Part shown: in pieces, positions 1 through 7,006 of the stretch | How the letters are laid out: every line of letters starts with the position of its first letter | Position numbering within the stretch: the stretch's first letter is position 1 | Assembly (NCBI GenBank): GCA_046758365.1 | Contig: JBHIAC010000051.1 | Coordinates: 1-19,442 of the forward strand | Reading direction: 5' to 3' | Length of the DNA: 19,442 nucleotides | Source of the DNA: a bacterium | GTDB taxonomy: Bacteria; Zhuqueibacterota; Zhuqueibacteria; Oceanimicrobiales; Oceanimicrobiaceae | Position numbers and translations under genes: made by a program | The notes under the pieces: model-generated | What the model saw: the letters and a program-made list of their open reading frames with translations, nothing else | What the model was told of the DNA's origin: nothing | Databases searched by the model: none

Positions 1-1
1 T

Positions 2-85
2 TTGGGGGTAAAAGCCTTGGCGGAACATTTGGAAAATAAATTCGATATAACAACAGTCTTTATAGATAAACCTACTGGACTCTAA
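2..85 (+). CDS. 3' end of Nif3-like dinuclear metal centre protein (partial)
   Basis: Frame from base 2 reads LGVKALAEHLENKFDITTVFIDKPTGL*, resembling the C-terminus of Nif3/YbgI-family proteins; it runs off the window edge. Confidence 0.75.
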   Translation: MGVKALAEHLENKFDITTVFIDKPTGL

Positions 86-114
86 ATAAATTTTAGTACG
101 GTGATAGATTATAA

Positions 115-228
115 GATCATGTCGGGATCAAAAATAATAAGATTTACAACGGGGCCGACGATAATGCTTCGGGTTGCGCAGGCTTTTTGGAAATAGCACA
201 AGCCTTTAGCGAAATGCCGATGTCATAA
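115..228 (+). pseudogene. Fragment of an M28-family metallopeptidase
   Basis: Translates DHVGIKNNKIYNGADDNASGCAGFLEIAQAFSEMPMS*, containing the M28 DHxG and NGADDNASG motifs. In-frame TAA at 112-114 and 226-228; no start codon. Confidence 0.8.
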
Positions 229-371
229 CACAAGACAAATCTACCCTCTGAAATAATTTCCACGTCTTTACAAGCCCAACTGTATGAAATGATTTCTATT
301 CCAGCGGGTCAAAAGGACCAAAACTCGAAATTCATGAAAACGCTCTCCTCCTATGGGTATTTAAATTTGCT

Positions 372-421
372 GATCATCTGAAATAGAATTGTTAAAAGGA
401 GTTAAGTTCTCAAATGATTAT
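372..421 (+). repeat. Dispersed repeat, copy 1 (IS/MITE-end-like)
   Basis: 46/50 identical by eye to 12086-12135 (GATCATCTGAAA.AGA.TTGTTAA.AGGAGTTAAGTTCTCAAAT.ATTAT). Confidence 0.85.
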
Positions 422-430
422 AAAGACTTA

Positions 431-461
431 TAAAATACTCTAATTGTGGTTGAGTATTTTA
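431..461. repeat. 10-bp perfect inverted repeat
   Basis: TAAAATACTC (431-440) pairs with GAGTATTTTA (452-461), 11-nt loop. Confidence 0.6.
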
Positions 462-485
462 AAGTTAAGAATTGTGCAGTCACTT

Positions 486-557
486 TAACCGCGAAAATAT
501 TCCAACGCGATAACTAATGAGCGTTTATTATTTCGCGTTAAAAATTTTTCGCGGTTA
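486..557. repeat. Long imperfect palindrome (REP-like hairpin)
   Basis: TAACCGCGAAAA...AACGCGA on the left pairs with TCGCGTT...TTTTCGCGGTTA on the right. Confidence 0.8.
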
Positions 558-711
558 CAAATGCTCTCACTTAATCCACACAGGCTCTTGATCGCTATGA
601 CTCGATACCTGCAACTTCCCATTCGAAATTCGAATTTTATCTTAATTGCTAATTAAATTTTCCTGTAAAAAAAAACAAGACCGTGCTGTTAATACTACGC
701 GCCGCAAAGTC

Positions 712-730
712 GTAGAGACGCAATGTATTG
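712..730 (+). repeat. Truncated GTAG-family REP
   Basis: GTAGAGACGCAATGTATTG is the left arm and loop of a GTAGAGACGCAA...TTGCGTCTCTAC-type REP; the right arm is missing. Confidence 0.45.
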
Positions 731-975
731 AAAAACATAAAAATTAAGCATTATTATACTATTGTTACGCCGGTCTCAATTAAAACTGAGTTTTGAATGC
801 AACCTGTTTATGCCCTCGATATTCTTAGCGTGTTAGCACCTCTGAGATTAGGTTTTATGAATAATCCAAGAACACATAGTTTTTAAATACAGGCCAAAAG
901 TAATTCCAGGCAGGCCCGTCAAAAAGCTGATTACATTAATTATGCCGAGCAAAACAGAACAAAATGCGAACTAAA

Positions 976-1003
976 TTCGGGGCCGTTCATGAATCACTCT
1001 CTC
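976..1003. repeat. Degenerate GTAG-family REP
   Basis: TTCGGGGCCGTTCATGAATCACTCTCTC resembles GTAGGGGCGATTCATGAATCGCCCCTAC-type REPs; the central TTCATGAA palindrome is intact. Confidence 0.35.
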
Positions 1004-1004
1004 C

Positions 1005-1033
1005 TTGACATTTTCCCTTTCAAAAGTTATATT
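1005..1033 (+). promoter_or_regulatory. Sigma70-type promoter for the antiporter operon
   Basis: TTGACA (1005-1010), 17-nt spacer, TATATT (1028-1033), 45 nt upstream of ATG 1079. Confidence 0.8.
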
Positions 1034-1078
1034 AACTGCAACGATTTGAAAATACTATAATCATTATCAGGCAGAATT

Positions 1079-2041
1079 ATGGATTTTACTATTTGGGGGA
1101 TGCAATGGATTATTGTTCTTTTTATAATAGGTTTGATATTACTATTTGTTGGTGGCAATGCGCTGGTACAAGGTAGTTCCCGTTTGGCTCGATCGCTGGG
1201 AATTCACCCAATTATTGTGGGTTTAACTATTGTAGCTTTGGGTACTTCAATGCCCGAGTTTATTGTGAGTCTAATCGCTGCCATAAAAGGCAAAGCAAAT
1301 GTGGCTTTAGGCAACATCGTTGGATCGAATGTTACTAATATTAGTTTAATTTTGGGCCTTTCAGCTTTAGCACGACCCATCGCCATTCATCTGCAACTTT
1401 TAAAATTTGAAGTGCCGCTGGTTATTGGTATTTCTTTCTACTTCTGGGCAATTTGTGCCAATGGCATATTAAGCCGATTTGATGGATTTACTTTATCCGC
1501 CGGTTTCTTGGTCTACTTGGCCATTGTTGTCATTGGAGCCCGAAAAGGCTCTAATGTACTTGAGAAAGAATATAAAAAATTAAATGCTAAAAGAAAAAAA
1601 AATGGTATTAATATCCTACTTATTATGGTTGGAATTGTTTTGTTAACTTTAGGGGCTAATTGGGTGGTCAATTCAGTTTCAGAAATCAGCCGAAGATTAG
1701 GCGCTTCCGAACTGGTCCTTGGCTTAACGATTGTAGCTTTGGGGACTTCATTGCCAGAATTAGCTACATCGATTGTGGCAGCTTTAAAAAAAGAAGGGGA
1801 TATTAGTGCTGGTAATATCGTGGGTTCAAATATTTTCAACATGATGGCCATTGCTGGTCCCAGTGCCTTAGCAAACCCTTTACCAGTAACCAAAGACCTC
1901 GTATATAATCATCTGCCAATCATGACTGTTCTTACTTTAATTTTGTTTCCATTGTTTAAAACTGGCAAAAAATTGGGACGAAAAGAAGGGGGGTTCCTTC
2001 TTTTATGTTATTTGGCTATCATGACCTGGTGGACACTTTAA
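1079..2041 (+). CDS. Calcium/sodium antiporter (CaCA family, YrbG-like)
   Basis: Hydrophobic 320 aa with duplicated alpha repeats GLTIVALGTSMPE / GLTIVALGTSLPE and GNIVGSN twice. Confidence 0.95.
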   Translation: MDFTIWGMQWIIVLFIIGLILLFVGGNALVQGSSRLARSLGIHPIIVGLTIVALGTSMPEFIVSLIAAIKGKANVALGNIVGSNVTNISLILGLSALARPIAIHLQLLKFEVPLVIGISFYFWAICANGILSRFDGFTLSAGFLVYLAIVVIGARKGSNVLEKEYKKLNAKRKKNGINILLIMVGIVLLTLGANWVVNSVSEISRRLGASELVLGLTIVALGTSLPELATSIVAALKKEGDISAGNIVGSNIFNMMAIAGPSALANPLPVTKDLVYNHLPIMTVLTLILFPLFKTGKKLGRKEGGFLLLCYLAIMTWWTL

Positions 2042-2054
2042 ACTTTTTTATAAT

Positions 2055-3329
2055 ATGAAACAGATAAATCTCTTTGAATTTGAAAAAAAAGTTAATAGCG
2101 TAGTTGAAATAGTAAAAGATTTACCATTTAAAAGGGTAAGAGATGAATATTTTGACTTTAAAGATTTTCCTGCATCAAGCAGAATTTACGGGATACATCC
2201 GTATCCAGCTATGTTCCATTTTTTAGTTGTAAGAAAATTAATTTCTGACTTTTCAAATGAAGGAGCTCAGATACTCGACCCATTCATGGGTTCAGGCGTT
2301 GTGGCTGGAGAATGCCTAATTAGTAAAAGAAATTTTATAGGGTATGATATAAATCCTTTGGCGGTTCTAATTGCAAAAGTTAGGACAACTCCTATCGAAA
2401 CTAAGCTATTATTAAAAAAATTAGAATATATAGGTGAAATCTATAAAGGTAAAAAACCATATAATGTGAATTTTCATAATATTGATTATTGGTTTGATAA
2501 AGATGTAATAAAAATGTTATCAAAATTAAGACAAGCAATTTATGCAATTGAAGATGATAAAATGAAAGCATTTTTTAAAGTAGCATTTTCAGAAACTGTT
2601 AGAAGGGTGTCAAGAACAAGATATAATGAATTCAAATTATTAAGAAGAAAAGACATTGAAAATAATTTAAATGTATTAAAAACTTTTCGAGATATATCAT
2701 TAAAAAATATTGGACTTCTTTCAAGTTTTTACGAAGATTTTATACCAAGCGAAAATACTTTAAAGTTAGAAAACATAAATATTACTGACGGTATACCTTT
2801 AGATGATAATTCAATTGACTTGGTAGTAACCTCCCCACCTTATGGTGATTCAAGGACTACCGTTGCCTATGGTCAGTTTTCCCGATTATCTTTGAGATGG
2901 TTGGGATTAGAAGAGAATGTCGACAGAACTTCCCTTGGCAGTAAAGCCAAAAATATTTCTTATGATTTGCCGTCTAACTTGCTATATGAGTTTGTTGAAA
3001 GAATTGCTAATAAAGATGAAAAACGGGCTAAAGAGGTCTTTTCGTTTTATAAAGATTTGTACAATTCCATCCAGATTATAGCAAGTAAAGTCAAAAACCA
3101 TGGTTTTGTTTGTTTTGTGGTAGGCAATAGAAGGGTGAAAGGTTTAGAGTTGCCAACAGATAAAATATCAGCCGATCTCTTTGAGTGTAATGGATTTCAA
3201 CATCAAAGAACTTTTGTTAGATCAATATTACATAAAAGAATGCCAAGTGAAAATTCACCATCAAATATTAGAGGTGAAAAAGATTCAACCATGAGATATG
3301 AGTACATTGTAATTCTTAAAAAGAATTAA
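2055..3329 (+). CDS. N4-cytosine DNA methyltransferase, M.MvaI-like (motif I before motif IV)
   Basis: HPYPAM, motif I DPFMGSG, DINP, FSETVR..S.TR.NEFKL, motif IV TSPPYGDSRTTVAYGQFSRLS and KRMPS.NSP match blocks of M.MvaI as recalled. Confidence 0.9.
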   Translation: MKQINLFEFEKKVNSVVEIVKDLPFKRVRDEYFDFKDFPASSRIYGIHPYPAMFHFLVVRKLISDFSNEGAQILDPFMGSGVVAGECLISKRNFIGYDINPLAVLIAKVRTTPIETKLLLKKLEYIGEIYKGKKPYNVNFHNIDYWFDKDVIKMLSKLRQAIYAIEDDKMKAFFKVAFSETVRRVSRTRYNEFKLLRRKDIENNLNVLKTFRDISLKNIGLLSSFYEDFIPSENTLKLENINITDGIPLDDNSIDLVVTSPPYGDSRTTVAYGQFSRLSLRWLGLEENVDRTSLGSKAKNISYDLPSNLLYEFVERIANKDEKRAKEVFSFYKDLYNSIQIIASKVKNHGFVCFVVGNRRVKGLELPTDKISADLFECNGFQHQRTFVRSILHKRMPSENSPSNIRGEKDSTMRYEYIVILKKN

Positions 3330-3334
3330 TAAGG

Positions 3335-3364
3335 TTGGATACATCCCGTAGGATTTTTATCCAA
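3335..3364. repeat. Intergenic stem-loop downstream of the methyltransferase
   Basis: TTGGATA-C-ATCC-[CGTA]-GGAT-TTT-TATCCAA; no U-tract follows on the + strand. Confidence 0.5.
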
Positions 3365-3404
3365 AAAAATATCAAATTTAAAAATTTACAGGAGGTGAGC
3401 CAGT

Positions 3405-4013
3405 ATGCAGAATCAAATTAGTTGGCTAGGTCACGATAGTTTCAAAATCAAAGGGGAGAAGACCATTTACATTGACCCATGGAAACTTAAGGATGGAGAA
3501 TCTGCTGATATCATTTTAATTACCCATGATCATTATGATCATTTTTCAAAAGAGGATATCGAAAAAATCCACACCGACGAAACAGTAGTCGTGACGAACA
3601 AGACCGTTGCCAAGGGTCTCAAAGGCCTGGTGCGTACGGTTGAGGCTGGAAATAAATTGTCGGTGCAAAGTGTTGAAATTGAAGTAGTGCCCGCCTACAA
3701 TTTAAACAAACAGTTTCATCCCAAATCTGCTGGCGGACTTGGATTCGTGATTGAAATGACCGGTGAAAAAATATACCACGCTGGGGATACAGACCTTATT
3801 CCAGAAATGGAAAGTATTCAATGTGATATTGCGCTTCTACCCGTGAGCGGCACCTACGTGATGACGGCTGAAGAAGCCGCAGAAGCAGCTAAAAAAATCA
3901 ATCCCAAGCTTTGCATACCCATGCACTACGGTGAAATTGTGGGCACAGTCAAGGATGCCCATCAATTTAAAGTATTATGCCCTTGTGAGACTTTGATTTT
4001 GGAAAAAGAGTGA
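3405..4013 (+). CDS. MBL-fold metallo-hydrolase (UPF0173/UlaG-like)
   Basis: WLGHDSF, IYIDP, THDHYDH (HxHxDH), YHAGDT and PMHYG motifs; SD GGAGGTG at 3391-3397. Confidence 0.92.
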   Translation: MQNQISWLGHDSFKIKGEKTIYIDPWKLKDGESADIILITHDHYDHFSKEDIEKIHTDETVVVTNKTVAKGLKGLVRTVEAGNKLSVQSVEIEVVPAYNLNKQFHPKSAGGLGFVIEMTGEKIYHAGDTDLIPEMESIQCDIALLPVSGTYVMTAEEAAEAAKKINPKLCIPMHYGEIVGTVKDAHQFKVLCPCETLILEKE

Positions 4014-4933
4014 ATAGAAAAATCAAGCTGGTAGTAAATCCTATTGCAGGCAATCACACTGTTGCCAAAAATTGGTCGGACTTTGGCAGAGAATTGAAAC
4101 ACATTTTAGGGGACTTTTCAACAGAATTTACTAAAGATATCTATGATGCCACCACAATAACACGACAGGCACTTTGGCAGGGATATGAAACCATCATCGC
4201 CTTAGGAGGCGACGGCACCATTAATGAGGTTGTAAATGGCTTTTTTGAAAATGAAAAATTAATCAATCCCGAAGCGAGTCTCGGGGTGATTGCCATGGGA
4301 ACGGGTGGTGATTGGGCAAAAACTTTAGAGACTCCGGAAAAGTTAGAGGACGCTGCTTCTCTTATCTTGGACAAAAGAATTAAAAAATGTGATCTTGGTT
4401 TAATAAAATGCCAGAGTCTCGATGGCTATCCGGTGATTCGATATTTCATCAATATAGCTGATGCAGGTTTTGGTGGTACCTTAGCACAACTTGTTAATAA
4501 TTCTACCAAAGCATTAGGACCTTTTTTTGCCTATATGACAGGATTGTTGAGAACCCTTACCGTTTATAAAAATAAGCCCATGCAAATAAAAATAGATGAT
4601 TTTTTAACTCAAGAACAGATTGCTAACTCAGTGGTAATAGCTAATGGGCAATTTTTTGGTGGGGGCATGTGGATCGCTCCAAATGCAAAAATCGACGACG
4701 GTCTTTTTGAAATAGCTATTATAGGAGATGTTTCTCGCCGAGAAGTTTTGACCAATATTAACAAGCTTTATAATGGAACTTTAGCTAAACACCCAAAAGT
4801 GAAATATTTGCAGGGGAAAACAATAACGCTTAATTCTGATTTTGAAATTTTAATAGAAGCTGATGGTGAGCAACCCGGGAAGCTGCCTGCAACTTTTGAG
4901 ATTTTTCCAAAGATCTTGAACTGTATTTGTTAG
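4010..4933 (+). CDS. Diacylglycerol-kinase-family lipid kinase (YegS/DagK-like)
   Basis: NPIAG, GGDGTINEV, GTGGD, NGQFFGGG, DDG and ADGE motifs; GTG start overlaps the upstream TGA (GTGA coupling). Confidence 0.93.
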   Translation: MNRKIKLVVNPIAGNHTVAKNWSDFGRELKHILGDFSTEFTKDIYDATTITRQALWQGYETIIALGGDGTINEVVNGFFENEKLINPEASLGVIAMGTGGDWAKTLETPEKLEDAASLILDKRIKKCDLGLIKCQSLDGYPVIRYFINIADAGFGGTLAQLVNNSTKALGPFFAYMTGLLRTLTVYKNKPMQIKIDDFLTQEQIANSVVIANGQFFGGGMWIAPNAKIDDGLFEIAIIGDVSRREVLTNINKLYNGTLAKHPKVKYLQGKTITLNSDFEILIEADGEQPGKLPATFEIFPKILNCIC

Positions 4934-4958
4934 GCCATGCGTAGATGTTTTTCCCTAC
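4929..4958 (-). repeat. Degenerate GTAG-family REP-like element
   Basis: Reverse strand reads GTAGGGAAAAACATCTACGCATGGCCTAAC, a GTAG-started imperfect palindrome at a gene end. Confidence 0.3.
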
Positions 4959-5059
4959 ACCACTTCAGAAATTGAAACGCTTATTTAAAAGAAAAATCAC
5001 CTTATAAGTCGGTCACTTCGCGAAGGTAAAATCTTATATGATAAATGAAGGAGGTTCAC

Positions 5060-5614
5060 GTGAATCGTCAAGAGGCTTGGGAACTCATGACCCAATATAC
5101 CAAATCTGAAAATTTACGCAAGCATATGTTGGCTGTGGAAGCAGTCATGCGATTTTATGCACGAAAGTTTGGCGAAGACGAAGAAAAATGGGCTATCGTT
5201 GGATTATTACATGACTTCGATTACGAACAACATCCAACGAAAGAAGAACATCCCTTTGTAGGGGTACAAATTTTAAAAGAAAAAGGTTTTTCTGAAGAAA
5301 TTACGCGTGCGATTCTTTCTCATGCTGATTACACCGGGGTTGTACCTGAAAGCAATATGGAAAAAGCTCTGTTCGCCGTGGATGAACTCACAGGATTTAT
5401 CGTGGCCGTAGCGCTGGTTCGTCCAACTAAAAGTCTCATGGACGTGGCGGTCAAATCTGTGAAAAAGAAAATGAAAGATAAGACCTTTGCAAGAAATGTT
5501 AGTCGAGAAGACATTCAAAAGGGCGCGGAACTGTTGAATTTGTCTTTGGAAGAACACTTAAACAATGTAATCCAAGCAATGCAATCCATCGCGGGTGAAT
5601 TGGGTTTAGTTTAA
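5060..5614 (+). CDS. HD/HDIG-domain phosphohydrolase
   Basis: LRKHMLAVEA, GLLHDFDYE, ILSHAD and DELTGF motifs. Start moved to GTG 5060 because AAGGAGG (5048-5054) lies 5 nt upstream. Confidence 0.9.
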   Translation: MNRQEAWELMTQYTKSENLRKHMLAVEAVMRFYARKFGEDEEKWAIVGLLHDFDYEQHPTKEEHPFVGVQILKEKGFSEEITRAILSHADYTGVVPESNMEKALFAVDELTGFIVAVALVRPTKSLMDVAVKSVKKKMKDKTFARNVSREDIQKGAELLNLSLEEHLNNVIQAMQSIAGELGLV

Positions 5615-5694
5615 TCACTTGCAATTTTCTGCCAAGCAAATTTTTCGGAATTTAAATTAAATGTTAAAAATTTTGCGAATTTTTACAATTTCTC

Positions 5695-5722
5695 TTGCAT
5701 ATTTAAATTTATTCATTATATT
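5695..5722 (+). promoter_or_regulatory. Possible sigma70 promoter
   Basis: TTGCAT, 16-nt spacer, TATATT upstream of ATG 5780, in very AT-rich DNA. Confidence 0.45.
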
Positions 5723-5779
5723 TCAAAAAAGATATAAATTTTAACCACGCAATCATCCGCTTTTAATTTAATAATATAA

Positions 5780-6829
5780 ATGAAGTCTCCCACTAAACTT
5801 CGAGCTGGGATTATCGGCCTGGCTCTATCGTTTTATTTATTAATACAAATTTTATCTCAATTCCCGACCTTTGTCGAAAATTACTATTCAAATGGTCTAT
5901 ATCCAATTCTCACCTTGATTATTTCACAGTTGTCTAACCAATTATCTTTTTCAATTACAGAAATCATGCTGTGGTTTATTATACTTTTTGGCATTCCGTA
6001 CGTTATAAATCGCGTCAGAAAAAGACGAATGACCATCTCTCAAATTATCTTGAATATAATAATTACGGGGGCTCTTTTTTATGTGTGGTTTAACCTTTTT
6101 TGGGGATTAAATTATCTTCGATTACCCTTAAAATCGAAACTCCACCTTGAAAATGTTAAACTTTCGCTGGATGCATTTGATTCTACCTTTGCTCAAATTA
6201 TTAGTCATGGAAATCATCTAAATTTATCCTATTCGGTTAAAAATGTAGAAGACCTCAATGCTATAATCGAAGAAACATATCCCAAAGTGCTTACTGAGCT
6301 TGGATTGTCAAAAGTGCCTGGTACAGATAAAATAAAAACATTTTGGGGAAACTGGGTTCTGAATAAAACAACAACTAGCGGATGGTTTAGTCCATTTTTT
6401 CATGAGGTACACTATAACTCGGATTTGCTGATTTTTGAACTTCCCTTTGTCCTTGCTCATGAAAAAGCCCACCTCATGGGTTACACTAATGAAGCTGAGG
6501 CCAACTTTTTGGCTTACTTAGTTTGCATTAATACTCCAGACCCCCTCTGCCAGTATAGTGGTTACTTTCAGGTTTTGGGCTATTTTTTCCAAAACTTAAA
6601 AAACAATGAATCTAAAAAAAAATATTACTTAAATAACCTTAGCGATGGCTTAAAATTAGATTTGGAGGCTGTAAAAGAAAGATGGCTAAGTTACAGCGGA
6701 ATCATATCAAATATCACTGAGAAAGGATATAATCTATATTTAAAAGCTAACCAAATTAAAGAAGGTATTGAAAACTACTCCGGGGTTGTGGATTTGATAG
6801 TAGGATACGCTGGCAAAACCAGTAAGTGA
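5780..6829 (+). CDS. DUF3810-like membrane protein with zincin HExxH motif
   Basis: N-terminal TM helices, VENYYSNGLYP, WGLNY.R, AHEKAHLMG..NEAEANFLAYL and YLKANQ motifs. Confidence 0.8.
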   Translation: MKSPTKLRAGIIGLALSFYLLIQILSQFPTFVENYYSNGLYPILTLIISQLSNQLSFSITEIMLWFIILFGIPYVINRVRKRRMTISQIILNIIITGALFYVWFNLFWGLNYLRLPLKSKLHLENVKLSLDAFDSTFAQIISHGNHLNLSYSVKNVEDLNAIIEETYPKVLTELGLSKVPGTDKIKTFWGNWVLNKTTTSGWFSPFFHEVHYNSDLLIFELPFVLAHEKAHLMGYTNEAEANFLAYLVCINTPDPLCQYSGYFQVLGYFFQNLKNNESKKKYYLNNLSDGLKLDLEAVKERWLSYSGIISNITEKGYNLYLKANQIKEGIENYSGVVDLIVGYAGKTSK

Positions 6830-6847
6830 ATAAAGACCAGTAAAAAG

Positions 6848-6893
6848 TTATCCACATATCCACAAAAAGAAAAAAGAAAAACTACTACTACTA
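6848..6893 (+). promoter_or_regulatory. Tandem DnaA boxes plus DnaA-trios (candidate oriC basal unwinding element)
   Basis: TTATCCACA (6848-6856, perfect) overlaps ATATCCACA (6856-6864); then a 17-nt A-rich spacer and CTACTACTACTA (6882-6893). Confidence 0.6.
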
Positions 6894-6933
6894 ATTTTGT
6901 CAACTTTTTTCAGGACGAGTCAAACGGCACCCC

Positions 6934-6963
6934 CTATTCACTATTTACTATTCACTATTCACT
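6934..6963. repeat. Heptamer tandem repeat (CTATTCA)x4
   Basis: CTATTCA CTATTTA CTATTCA CTATTCA CT. Confidence 0.85.
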
Positions 6964-7006
6964 GTATACTTTTCCCTTTTCACAGATTTTTATAACTACT
7001 ATATCA

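Noticed and set aside
229..371. Short frames after the M28 fragment, including minus-strand AGGAGG...MNFEFWSF*
   Set aside because: SD spacing is long, the frames are short, and no family was recognised.
572..580. Isolated 1-mismatch DnaA box TAATCCACA (also TATTCCACA at 13416-13424)
   Set aside because: Single degenerate boxes are expected by chance in AT-rich DNA; there is no clustering and no trios.
851..870. GGTTTTATGAATAATCCAAG resembling an IS1380-type terminal repeat
   Set aside because: No convincing partner end or transposase remnant in the window; the similarity is from memory only.
3283..3340. attC-like ATTCAAC...GTTGGAT pair after the methyltransferase
   Set aside because: No complementary L boxes, mostly inside the CDS, and no integrase or other cassettes.
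1204..5557. Minus-strand ORFs 1204-1386, 1513-1893, 4141-4374, 5273-5557 and 5329-5514
   Set aside because: Antisense shadows of well-supported genes, with no motifs.
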